This document shows, piece after piece, positions 1 through 10,839 of a DNA stretch of 64,000 nt. Source of the DNA: Raillietiella orientalis (taxonomy: Eukaryota). Position 1 is the first letter of the stretch; each line of letters opens with the position of its first letter. The notes below the pieces were generated by a model that did no database searches, was not told the DNA's origin, and saw nothing but the letters and a program-made list of their open reading frames with translations. The translations under genes and the position numbers were made by a program. Location of the stretch: positions 4,960,001-5,024,000 of the forward strand of contig JAYWIR010000008.1 of the NCBI GenBank assembly GCA_036172245.1. Direction: 5' to 3'.

Positions 1-835
1 AATGGGATGCACCAATCTCACCGTATTTCGCTTGATATCCGCTTCGGGAAGGGGAAGGAGGGAACGGGAAGGCAAGACTGGCAAGACTGGAGACGAGGGC
101 ATCTCTCTAAAGAGGCCTTCTGAGGTGGCACCGTGGAAACGAGGCGCTTCGGCAATGTACTCCCATCCCTGACGCAGCTCCACGCATTCCCGCAGTACGT
201 GCAGGGTATTCCTGTTGCCCCCAAGAGTTCCTTGGGTCCACTTCCCGCTGGGGTGTGGAGGCGTTCTTCCTTTCGAGGGACTGCCCAGAGCACCAGCAAG
301 ATGGCGGTCTGTTGGTACCGAAGAAGAAGAACGGAGGCGTCGACCACGCTACCTCGAAGTTCCAGCGAGCGAATCCACAGAGACGCCACTCCGACCACTG
401 CGACCGCGAGGTCTTCGTGTGAACAGAAGGGATCAGCGGCGGCACAACCGCAAGAGGTTCGAAGGAACGGAAGAAGCTCTTGCAGCGTGGAGGCTCCGCG
501 AGGGGGACACGGGTGCTGGGCAGCCGCCGGTATCGCGGGAGCGGCAGTCGCTCCCGGAACCGCCAAACGGACAAAACACGTGTTCCGGCAGGCGACGCGA
601 GCGATTCGCCCGCCTGCTCCTTTCCCAGCGAACGGAGTCGGCTTCCGCCAACGCGCAGGAGGCAAATCACCGCGCGATTCGGAAGCAGAGACGACCACCT
701 CCCTCCTCGGGGAAAGAAATTCGAACGAGAAGCTGCGCGCAGATTCCGGTGACCCCGGATGCCATTTGAAGCGAGCAGCGATGCGTCCCCGCGCACGATG
801 AGGACCGGAGCGGCGGAAACCAGAGACTCCCCAAA
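1..835 (+). mobile_element. Decayed L1/Tx1-like LINE ORF2 fragment (end of RT and post-RT region)
   Basis: Frameshifted motifs SLDIRFG (~YLGI.FG), RFGNVLPSL and LLVPKKKNGGV (~L..PK..GGL); homologous to 18120-18956. Confidence 0.5.
228..823. repeat. Direct repeat copy 1 (partner 18361-18956)
   Basis: Constant offset of 18133; ORF-track translations 433..651 and 18566..18784, and 480..752 and 18613..18885, are identical. Confidence 0.97.
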
Positions 836-959
836 GACTTTCTTGGAGAAGCAGACTTCGCGGAGTCTGCGTGCGTCGTTACCATAACCACTGTTGTTTT
901 GTTTTACCCCTGCATAGTGTGCGCGTTTTCTTGAACCTGCGCTCTGACCCATTTCGTCT

Positions 960-1400
960 GCACTCTTCGTTCGCTCTTGGTACATTCAGAAAAATGTAAC
1001 AAACGTCTTTCGGTCAGCAGAAGCCTCTATTCTCCACTCGCCCACCATCGACCCTGACGACAGCGCAGCGCAGAACGCTCGGAAGTGCACACGAAACCTT
1101 CCTCCTCGCCATCCGGTACTGGAACGCATCATGAGCATCGGGAAATCGACCGACCTTCGTATTTATGCCTCAAAGGGCGCGACCCCGACCGCTGGTTGCA
1201 GAGGTGGACGATTAGCCGGCTGCAAGGGATGCGGATCTGCCCGAAGGGTGCCGATACAAACGAGGACGGGTCCTCAATCCGAGGAACGTGAAGGAGAGGA
1301 ACACTCAGCACTTCCATTCTCGTTTCGTCGGCTTCTGAGCTGCCTGCAGCCAACCCCAGGAAGCGTCCGCCGACGTGTGTCAAAACATGCATCCGGACTC
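960..1400 (+). mobile_element. hAT transposase relic (central region)
   Basis: VLERIMSIG..LRIY..PDRW and RVLNP..RRLL resemble the hAT L+R..L..W and ++..FW..LR blocks; many frameshifts. Confidence 0.3.
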
Positions 1401-1589
1401 AGGGAAATTCGCTTCCATCTTCTCCCAGCAAAACCGCCACGTCCTGCCACACGAACTGTAGCTGCTTTTCATTCTCCCGTCCCGCATCGATGACAGTCGT
1501 TTTCCGACCACCTTGGTGTTCCCTTTTTCCTTTTTTTTTTTATAGCAGTAGCAGACGTTTCCAAGCAGCCTCATTTCTGTCTCATTCAA

Positions 1590-2110
1590 CGATGGCACCT
1601 CGGCAGGCCCCAGGGACATTTTCAGACGCCTCTTCGTGCGTGGTGCCGCACTGCCGCCAGCTTGCAGCCGCGTCGCTTGCAGTTCTCTGCTGTCTTCGCG
1701 GGATCACAGAGGCGGCGTGCAACGCCCGAAGGAGAGGCCGAAGTGGCAGGGACGCCATCCACTGGCAGCGGATCTTCCTGATGAAGACCGCCTCGAGATG
1801 GCCCCACCTGGACGACATACGGATGGAACTTGCCGGCACATCCTGAACAGGATGCAGAGGACTCCGGGCAGCGTTCCATGATCCCTTCCCCGTGTATAAT
1901 TTCCTCTCCCCTGTTTTTGTGTCTTTTTATTTTATTCTATTTTTGTTTCGTTTTTGCTTTCCCTTCCCCGACGCTGCCGAAGCGGACCTCGCCGGTCTGC
2001 GCACCGCTCTTTGGCAGGTTCGCTGCAGGTGGTAGAACCAAGGGTTCGACCACACCAGTGCATTTTTATTGCTTTACGTAATACATGCCTCGGCATAAAC
2101 GGGTGAGAAT
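1590..2110 (+). mobile_element. LINE family A 3' end (ORF2 C-terminus plus 3' UTR)
   Basis: VLCCLRG..ARRRGRSGRDAI..FLMKTASRWPHL..RMELAG, then TGATCCCTTCCC, a T-rich tract and the conserved CTGCCGA..GGCAGGTTC module shared with 6 other copies. Confidence 0.8.
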
Positions 2111-2115
2111 CATCC

Positions 2116-2192
2116 TAGGCCAATAGTTAACAACCTTTTCCTGAGGTTGCTACTGACCCTTTTTTTGTAAGAAAAAAAAAAAAAAAAAAAAA
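2116..2192 (+). other. Retroposon 3' tail: stem-loop, T7 run and poly(A)
   Basis: Hairpin at 2118-2158 followed by a T run and about 21 A; homologous to 13836-13901 on the minus strand. Confidence 0.65.
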
Positions 2193-2899
2193 GATGCATG
2201 AAGGTTTCTCTCTTTTTACGATGCACCTTTGACCGCCATCTTGCACACAGAAGCTCCTTCTGATTTCCAGGAAAGAGGCCTTGAGGTCTTGAAATCTCTG
2301 AAAGAAACGAAGAGGGAAGCAACCAGTTGTTCGCATCCCGTGACCCAGAAGAAAGTAAAAATCCTCATCCTGAGATCAGATTGCATCGATCTCATATCGT
2401 TCCCGGTGTTGCTAATGACCAATTTCTCGTGTGACACGTGGTACTCAAAAAGCTTTTTTTGAGGGAAGGAGGGAGAGGGATATTCTTCCTCTATCTTCAA
2501 AGCGTATCTTTGCTATCATAAGTGGTGTAGCTGCATAAGCTTAGCAGCGTAATGAAGAAGGAAAACCAAATGACCGATTGTAGGACACCCAACACATCGC
2601 TTTTTTTCTTTTTTTTTTGGTTTTCCCGTCCCTTTCGTCCGTGGAGAGTACCAAACCGGCCAGCGGGTCGGTAAGGACAAGTGAAAAAACACTGCCAGAA
2701 CCATGGGTTCTGGAAGAAGCAATGCCCAAAAGGCTAAATTTAAATATAACAGATAATATAGAATTTTAAAAATAAAAACCCCGGTTTATCCGGGTGAAAA
2801 ACTCACCGCTTATGGCGAAGGCTTTCTGAGCAGACCCCATGATGTTATCAAACACATATCTACGCAAACAAGGTGGCTCCTGCGTGGAACCTGGGTTGC

Positions 2900-3500
2900 T
2901 CTTCGAGTGGAAATGGTCGACATCGGCGCTACCTGTTGCATGCTCATGAAGTCAGAGGATGGTCTCGATCGCTCCTTCCGTTATCCACCTCATCTTCACT
3001 CAAACTCTTCCCTCAAGGGTAGCTCTAGGCTCTTGGCTATCCTGATCCCAAGAGATGCGCAGGACAGCATCTTCGCGAAACCGATTTTGAGGGTTGCAGC
3101 GTGCACTCCATGGAAAAATTCCATCAGCAATCCAAAATTTTCCACGATTCCATCCACCTGGTCCATTTGCGATGCCAAACATGCAGACTGCCGTTACTTA
3201 AGTCGTGAAATCGTGTGGCTGCAGTGAGACGCAAGAATTTTCAATTCACAGAATCGCTTCCAGGGAAGATGAATGGATTCCGTTCGTGTTTCATTGGTCG
3301 TTGCCGGATGTTCTTTCTGGGTATTACAATCTCTAGGGATGGACACCACGAAAAAGTGAAACAGCAGCAACAGCGTTCCCATGACAATCCCTCCATTTTC
3401 AGGGAGACTCTTTTTTGAGTGGCAGGACTAATACTTCGAGAGACGGGAACGCAATGACAGTGATATACCCGTGCGCAAACAATCAAAGACACCAAAACAT
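2900..3500 (-). mobile_element. hAT transposase relic (central region)
   Basis: NETRTESIHLPWKRFCELK (~ETRF.S..L.RL.ELK) followed by DQVDGIVENFGLLMEFFHGVHAATLKIG (~FW..V..I...PL..LR.VD....IG). Confidence 0.45.
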
Positions 3501-3699
3501 GAAGTCTAAGCCAGACTTTCAGAGATGTAGGTCATCTGGACCGAAAAGTGATCTAGTATTCCATCGAATACTGAGGCCTTTTCCCCCGCAGTGTTACCAT
3601 TCGTTGTGAAACCAGTTCTGCGCTCCCCTTCAGTGAAGTCTGAACCTCGATGAAGTCAGATCTTTAACAGGATCTTCGAATTAGGCGCACTGAGATTTT

Positions 3700-4620
3700 T
3701 GCGTGATTTTGGGTGATCACGAAAGCATTCAGCGGAGTTTCCTCTTCTTCTTCAATAGGGTGGAAACCGATAATGCTAGCTGAGTCTCCGAAGCATTACC
3801 TCAGTATTTTATGTTTGACGAGAAGTGTGAAATCTTCGAGGCTTTCTAATTTCTAATTAGGCTTCAAGGCAAGAGGAGGAGATGGCATCAGCTAGGTTCC
3901 AGGAATCTATTCCGTCGCGAAAGTCACCCGTCCGAGTAACCCGTGAAGTCAGAAAGAAAAACGCGGAGCTACATCGGTTCGAATCTTGAAGCCTCCCGGT
4001 GATTCGCACCCTGAGTTTCTGCTTTGAATCTTCATCCCCTCTGTAAAGGTGCTTTCTTTTCATGATGCATTCAGCAGCTGTCAGCTGCCATGCATAGCAA
4101 TGCCAGTAGACGCCCGTTTCGGAGGAGCAAGTGGTCGTTCTTTATTATTCCAGGACCGCTCCTCGTTTGGACTCTTCCCGGCCTCTTGGTCTCTGGACAG
4201 TGATTGGGACGAAGACAGCTTCAATCTCAATCCAACATTCACCCCAATATCAAGGGGTCAAATGAACAGGATGAAACTAAATTTGGGCGGTCTCTTGAGA
4301 AGTGGATCAAAGACAGCCTCTGGTATACACAAGTGTGGAGTGTGTTCCGCGTTTATAGGGCAGGCCACTAGGAAGTCGGTAACAGGGAGGCCAATGGATC
4401 CTTGATGCCAGACAATACCAGCCTCTGATTTGAGGGTAACACTGTGTCCAGCTTTAGAGTACCCTTTATGTTGCAGGAGGCCGTGTGCTGTCCCCGTGGT
4501 TCGCAGGTCGATGCACTCCATATCCTTACGAAGGCTGTCAGCTTAGCGACCTCGGGCCGTTGGGCCATTATTCTTGATACATGACAATGCAGGTATTCAA
4601 ATTTCCTTCTTTCCAATTGT
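3700..4620 (-). mobile_element. hAT transposase relic (central to C-terminal dimerisation region)
   Basis: Colinear degenerate blocks: PEVAKL, YWGECWIEIEAVFVPI, AMHGS*QLLNA (~LHAAGYLLNP), RTGDFRDG and TLLKKKRKL (~IH.KKRNRL). Confidence 0.5.
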
Positions 4621-4659
4621 ATTTAGAGTCTTCTGTTCTGGAAGCTTCTCCAAAGTGGT

Positions 4660-5569
4660 TCGCAAAGTCCTCAAGAACCGTTCGCCCAGGGGCTCACGAA
4701 GCTGTCCACACCACCAGAGGGTGCATGTTACTCTACAAGTTAGAAGACTCCTCATGAATCCAGGAAGACTCCAGAGAAAGGAGCGCGCTCGCTCGCCCTG
4801 GTTGTCTCCGAAGAAAACCCCGAAGGGAGCCTCTTCCTTATTATCTCCTTTTTTTTTTCTTTCTTAAAAAATAGGTGGAAGGGGACCTCTGTGCGAAGAG
4901 GCCGTGTGGGCACAAATCACACGTAGGTTGGGGCTTAAACAGGCACCGTCACGAAAAAAAAAAAAATACATCAACTGCAGGGGAATGAGGCTGAGTTGAG
5001 GATGATCTCCGTCCAGCAGAGGCAATTGAGGACTTCGCGGCACGTGCAGTTGAGGCCCCAGCCCTTGGCAAAGGGGACGCGCACCGAGTTGTAATTGCGA
5101 GGTCCATCCAAGTCGCGGGTCTGGAGCGTAGGCGACGGCTAGAGCCCGGAGCAATTCGTTAACAACCTTATTCTCTCCGGAAGGACCCCCCGAAGGGGGA
5201 GATGAACCGCTCATTTCTTCTCCGGAGGGAACACGCAAGGGTACCGCTCCTTGCATTCTATTCTGAAGAGAACCCGAAGGAATGTTTCCCAATTTCTCTG
5301 AAGCGTCTCTTTTCGAAGGAAGCCCAGAATGGTCAGCGCGCTTCTTGCATACTGGAGAGGCAACCCTGCGAAAGGGTTATCAACCAGCTCCATGGTACGC
5401 GATGGAGGGTCGTCCTTCGAAGGGAAAGGGGCTCTTTTTCACAACCGGAGAAATTCCCTAAGGAAACCGGCTCCTCGACTCCTGGAAGGACCCTGTAGGG
5501 TCGACTTCCAATCCCGACCGGTCAACGGGGCCATCAGAGGGGTTCCGGACGACGCACCCGACGCCGCAC
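4660..5569 (-). mobile_element. Body of the tRNA-headed SINE-like element (subrepeat region), interrupted at about 4870-5150
   Basis: Homologous to 23560-24180 (reverse complement) and 27020-27540; shares ATGAATCCAGGAAG, CTGGAGAGGCAACC and CAACCAGCTCCATGGT. Ends at the target-like CCCGACGCCGCAC (5557-5569). Confidence 0.75.
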
Positions 5570-6150
5570 GGATGTGTTTGTCGTTCTCTCCACGGATGCT
5601 GTATCGACTTCTTTTTCTTAAGTGGTCTACGTGGATTCAGTGATGGCGAAGGCACTACCGAATCTACCCTTCGTTGGTGGCGCTGTCTCCGGAGGGAGTG
5701 CTGTCTCCGGTGTCAGGCATCGCCGTCTTCGCTGCGATGCTGACACCGCCACCAACGAAGGCTGGGGGGAGATGCCCGCATCTCACCCTGAGACTATGGA
5801 GGTGGAGGGCGTCCGCCCCCACAGAATCGTCCCTTGCACCAGCGCGGGCTTGGAACGCCGTGTCCGCGGACCCGCCGCCGTCAGCCATGGCTGAACAGAA
5901 GGAGGGCTACAACCCAGTCCTCTTCTGCATGGTAGGTCACTTGTACGGTCCGGAGAGCACGGCCGCCTTCTCGAAGGCAATGTACGCTCACGACATCCTA
6001 CAAGAGGAGCTGTGCACGATAACCGTCCGGAGCGGGTGTCAGTAAATTGAGGTGGTCTGCAAGCAGGCAGACCTTGCCCAACGATTGCTGAGAATCCCCG
6101 TTGCGATGGGAATCAAGGGGTTCCTCCCGACCACGGTGGACCGCTCGGTG
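5570..6150 (+). mobile_element. Probable LINE 5' UTR and ORF1 N-terminus (RRM-like), pseudogenised
   Basis: Pro-rich leader, then MAEQKEGYNPVLFCMV..EELCTITVRSGCQ*IEVVCKQADLAQRLLRIPV, resembling a Tx1/L1 ORF1 RRM; internal stop. Confidence 0.4.
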
Positions 6151-6154
6151 GTTT

Positions 6155-7060
6155 AACACCGGGGTGTACCGGGGCGTTTAGTTTCAAGATAAACAAACAT
6201 GTGTAGGGCCATCGTCCCTACAACGTCCGAAAGAGTTCGGAATTTGCCGAGTAACCAGCACGCAGGCCGGCAAGCTTCGCCTCGGCAGCGGATGGGAAGG
6301 GGACAAACAGACATAAAAATAAAAACAAAAACACTATTTACAAAAAAATGGGAGGGTTAGGGAAGGGATCACATTCCGCTGGAAGTCGTCCTCTGCATCC
6401 TTTCCAGGATGCCGGCAAGTTCCATCCGAGTATGCCCCAGAAGGGGCCATCTGGCTGCCGTCCTCAGAAAGCGCAGGGCGAAGCAGATGGCGTCTCTATC
6501 GTGCCGTCCATCTCTGGAGTAGCTCCAGGCCGCTAAATCCTGCGTAGGAAGCACAAAGCTTCTATGGATGCAGCAGGCGCACGAGGAGGCTCATCGTCAC
6601 GTCCCTGGGATTGTGCGTTGGTGCACGTTGAGTAGAGCAACCACAGGAGCTGGAGGGCAAGACAGTCCACTAACAGGTGGGGCAGGGATTCATGTTCCCC
6701 GCACCTGCTGCAGTTCGGGTCCACAGCTCCCCTCGTCCAGTGAGACCAGCGGGCGTTGCACGGGAGACCCCAGTGCAGCACCAACAGCAGCGCCTCCTGC
6801 CACTTCATGAGGACTCGGTTGCCCTTCAGCGCTGTGGACCTCTCGAGGTCTTCCGGCGGGATTCCCAGCGGCTCGCCCAGAGCAATAGTCCTCTCGGTGG
6901 GGCACTTCGGGTAGCGGCGTTTGTCAGCTGACCCGTGGTCCTACCAAACTCCTTCGGTGTTCCACCGACCTCGCAATGAACCTTCCATTTTTGTCGCAGC
7001 AAAGCGTTCCCATAGGGACCGGATGGCAAGACAATCCAACGCTGGACTTGCATCCTTCCC
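6155..7060 (-). mobile_element. LINE family A 3' portion with CCHC knuckle
   Basis: KWQEALLLVLHWGLPCNAR..DPNCSRCGEHESLPHLLVDCLALQLLW (zf-RVT-like), the family A C-terminus and the 3' UTR module. Confidence 0.88.
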
Positions 7061-7079
7061 TGAACTCCGTTGCTGCCAC

Positions 7080-7360
7080 ATCTGCCACTGCTGATTGAAT
7101 CTGCAATTCGCGGGCGGCCAATCTGACGAAGAAGAACACGGGATGGATCTCCTGCCGCCCCGTGAACGGTAGTACCTGGTTAGAGGAAATCGTTCGCATA
7201 TGGGCCCAGAACATGGAAGCTAGCCCAGAGTTGCGGCAGCGATTGCTGTGCTCCTTTTGCAACAACCGCTCGCTGCAGGACGTCATCGTGCAGCCCGCCA
7301 CGCGTGCGTGGAATGAAAGAACCATGGCACTACCTTTCCTCAGGGATCACCTGGGCAGCA
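7080..7360 (+). mobile_element. LINE ORF2 post-RT fragment, inverted relative to its neighbours
   Basis: GWISCRPVNGSTWL..ALPFLRDHLGSS matches GWISCRSANGSAWL..ALPSLREHMGSS at 11255-11470 on the same strand. Confidence 0.7.
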
Positions 7361-7364
7361 GCCA

Positions 7365-7640
7365 GCAACCCGTGGCTCCCGGGAGGTTCAGCCAGTGGAG
7401 GAGACGCCACGCATGCGAGAGGGGACTCCTGTCTCCTTCCAACTCGATCCGGTAATGATCTGACAGCGTCGACGGCACCTTGCCGCGCCTGTCCACACGG
7501 GAGCACAGGTGCTGATCGAGGATGACATGGTGGATGCTGGTCTCCATACCTGGTTCCCCGATCAACAAGTTGCGCGTGTACATCGCCACGCATACCTCGT
7601 TGACCAGGTCTCGTTCAGTGTCCGGCGCACCTGGCACCAG
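7365..7640 (-). mobile_element. LINE APE endonuclease C-terminal fragment
   Basis: TSIHHVILD..VPSTLSDHYRIEL (SDH motif) then PLSHAWRL..WLNLPGAT, homologous to 10060-10130 (+). Confidence 0.6.
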
Positions 7641-7699
7641 GCGTACATGAAAGTTTCTTACCCGGTCACGCTGGGACGTTTATTCTCATAAACCAGCTG

Positions 7700-8520
7700 G
7701 AAACGGTTGTTTCCAGCCGGCGACTACAAAAAAACAGCGGAAATACACCACTGGCACGCAGGCCAAGAAAACGGAAGGTCCGGAATAGGTGGGGAAGGAG
7801 AGGACTACAAACAAAAAGAACAGTCTAAACGGGAGGAAGGGCCAGGGATCTTAGGTGACGCTCCGCAGTCATCAGAATAGACCAAGAATGAAAGCACTAA
7901 AAGCACTACGGAGGGAATGGGAAGTGGGGCGCGAAAACAAAAATGAAATTGAATGGGAATGGAGGTGGATCACCGGGATCGTCGTTCCAAACCATAGGTA
8001 ATCCGGCCATGGATGTCAGTGAGCTCCTCCGTTGCGTTTTCGGTCAAGTGTCGCCACCCAGCAGCCGCACTGATGAAGTCGGCTGCCTTCCTGGTGACAC
8101 AGCATCGCTGACCAGTGTTCTCCAGCACGTCTCGGACCGTGACGATGGCGCGTATGCAACCAACTGTGGAAATCATCGCAGCCGTCGAAAGTCCTTGCGG
8201 TTGGAAGAACCGTCGCAGCACACTTCTCGAGCGGTGTGTCCCGGTGACAGGAGTGCTACTGCCAACCTCCGCCTGAGTTCCTGGAGGGCACCGCAGTCCA
8301 AAACAAGGTGCGGGAACGACTCCGTCGCCCGCACCGGGCACAGTAGGGAGGAGCCACCCCACCGGAAACTCGGTGCCGCCCCTCATTGTGGCGCAGACCC
8401 GAAGAGCAAAACGTCCTGCTTCCAGGCAAGGGGAAACACCGAACCGTCCAAACAGCATGGAGGGACTATCAGTTCCTGGGGGGCAACACCAAGAGCTTCT
8501 TCCAGTGGGCGATGGCTGAG
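7700..8520 (-). mobile_element. LINE family B ORF2 C-terminus and 3' UTR
   Basis: FPLAWKQDVLLF, YCARCGR..SFPHLVLDCGALQEL and STVGCIRAI; homologous to 9410-9920 (+). Confidence 0.8.
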
Positions 8521-10030
8521 GCGAAGGGGAGAGCCGCGATGAGGTGGACTTCGCCAAAGCCACCGACGAGCTAGCCCCGTGGTACGGCAGCCCCTCAAGG
8601 CCTCCAAGAAGGCCGTCAGTAGTCCTGTCTCCGGGAAAGGGACCGAGATCTCGGACTCCGACCTGGAGGCCGGACGGGCACCATCCGCGTCTGCACCTCC
8701 GCGGAAGTCCGGACGGAAGTCCCGGAATCCAAGGACGATCGTCTCTTCCGAGACAGGGGAGTCCTCCGAAAACGAGCGTAGGAGCGTAGGACTCGCGTCC
8801 TGGCATTCTCCCAGGCACGGGCGCGACGGATCCGATGGAGGCGGAAGCGGTCGCCACGGTGCCCCCAGCCGCAGGGTCCCCAAGCAGCATCCCGCGCGAG
8901 CAGGAGGCGGGAGCCGAAGCATGAGTTTCCCAGCAGTAATGCCACCTGCCGTTAACTACGCGTTGCCGGGTTGGAACGTCAACGGACTGCGCGATGACGG
9001 CAGCAGACGAGACATAGCTGCCACCCTGCAGCCCCTCGACCTCGTGCTCCTGCAGGAGATCCATCAGATCTCCGCAGAACACGCTCAGGAGATCGAGAAG
9101 ATAGAGGGTGGTCAGCTGCTCTGGCGTTCAGGCTCTCACCGTTCGTGCGGGGTAGCTTAGCTGCTCAAGTCTGCCGTGCAAGCGCGGTGCGGAACGTACG
9201 TTTCGACGAGGCAGATCGGGTCGGGCAAATCACCCTCAGGTGGTCCGACTCGATCAACCTCGTTGTTACGAACCTGTACGCGCCGAGCGGTGGTCACTTG
9301 CGCACAGCACGGACGGCATTCTTCCGTGCCCTCAAGCGCGACTGGCTGGCGGAGGTAGGCGCGCGCAAGACGCACCTGACTGCCGGTGGTTTAAATATTG
9401 TGTGCACAGCTCGTTGTTCCCCCTCGCCTGGAAGCAGGCTGTACTGCTCTTCATTCACAGGGGATTTCAGTTTAACGAGCGACGGCATCGAGTTTCCGGA
9501 GGGGTTGTATCTTCGAAATGTGCCAGGTGTGGATCGACGAAGTCCCGCACCTGTTTTTGGACTGCGGCGCCCTCTAAGAACTGTGGCAAACGCTGGAAAC
9601 TGCACTCCTGCACCAGGAGGACACCGTCCAAGACGTGCTGTGGCGCTCTTCGCTCCGAGAGGACTCTCGACGGGCGCGGTTATTGCAACCGTGGGTTGCA
9701 TCCGTGCCATCCTTGGTGCCCGACTAGTGCTGCAAATCGCCATGCAGCCAAGGGAGGTCATCAGGATGGCAGCCACCTATCCGTTCCGTGACTTCACTGT
9801 CCACTAAGGTTATTTCTACATCAGGGCGGCTGCAGGGTGGCCTCGGCTGGAAGAGGAAGCCAAGGGGAGATCACCGGCATTCACCTCCGGTTAATGAACG
9901 GCTTGGAACGGCGTACCCGGTGTTCCTTGTTCCCTCCCTCCCTCTATATTAATTTTTTCCCCTAATCCTCCGTTCCCATTCTCTCCGTTACTGCATTGGT
10001 GCTTTTTTTTTTTCATCCTAGTAAATATGG
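8520..10030 (+). mobile_element. Internally deleted L1/Tx1-like element: ORF1 tail, APE endonuclease N-half, then directly the ORF2 C-terminus
   Basis: Ser/Arg-rich ORF1 tail and EN motifs, immediately followed by HSSLFPLAWKQAVLLFIHRG..KCARCGS..VPHLFLDCGAL; no RT between them. Confidence 0.8.
8921..9400 (+). pseudogene. APE-like endonuclease domain of LINE ORF2 (frameshift/stop at about 9157)
   Basis: GWNVNGLR, DLVLLQEIH, CGVA, VVTNLYAP and AGGLN (~GDFN) in canonical order. Confidence 0.9.
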
Positions 10031-10264
10031 AGTGCACCAAAGATCACTGTCAGGACCCCACAACAGGGGTCCCCTCTCGGATGCGTGGAGTCTCCCAGGG
10101 GACTGGCTGAACGTCCCGGGAGCCACGGAACACCTCCGCACGTTCTTACGGGATTTCAGATTGCAGACCCTCGATTCCCACCCGGGTGCGCCGAGGCGTT
10201 TATTCTTTCAAATAAGCATTTACAGAATCCATGGATGGACCACTGGTCCAGCCGCGCGCTAGAT

Positions 10265-10760
10265 GTTCAAAGCCTGCCGGGTCAGCGGTTCGCAGATCGG
10301 TGCGGTCCACCTAGGCAACAGGGGGGAGGAGACAAAAGCAAAAAGAAAAACAAAAATCAAAATAAATAAAAAAAATTGGGAGGGCGCGGGAAGGGATCAC
10401 AGTCTGCAGGGCGGGTGTGTCAGATCCTCTGGAGGATGCCGGCAAGCTCTTCCTGAATATTGGATTCCAGGTGGGACCAGCGCATTGCCATCCTCAGGAA
10501 GCGGACGGCGTATTCGCTGGCATCGCAATCACTGTCCCCCCGTCGCGTTGCTCCTCCATGCAGCGACCATCCCGCGTAGGCAGCACAGGGCTGCTAGCTA
10601 GGCCGCTGGTGGGAGGACGTCGCGAACGAAGAGGGATCTGAGAGCGTCTCTGGAGTGCCTCAGGGGATACCTTGGGTCGCAACAAAGCGTTCCCATAGGG
10701 ACTGGATGGCAAGACGATCCAGTAACAGGTGGGGAAGAGATGCCCGTTCCCCACACCTGA
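10265..10760 (-). mobile_element. LINE family A 3' fragment
   Basis: WIVLPSSPYGNALLR shared with 6990-7050; family A C-terminus, TGATCCCTTCCC, T tract and 3' UTR module. Confidence 0.75.
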
Positions 10761-10839
10761 CACAGTTGGGGCTCACACTCCTTCGTGTCCTCCCTCAGCC
10801 TCCTGAAGGCAGCTGGACCACGCCTCCGAAGGGAGATAA

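Noticed and set aside
4490..4530. SASTCE read as the hAT dimerisation motif
   Set aside because: The surrounding blocks fit the central region in colinear order better; the reading is ambiguous.
7970..9082. 370-aa minus-strand ORF as a gene
   Set aside because: It is a chimera of antisense ORF1/EN sequence and part of a LINE C-terminus.
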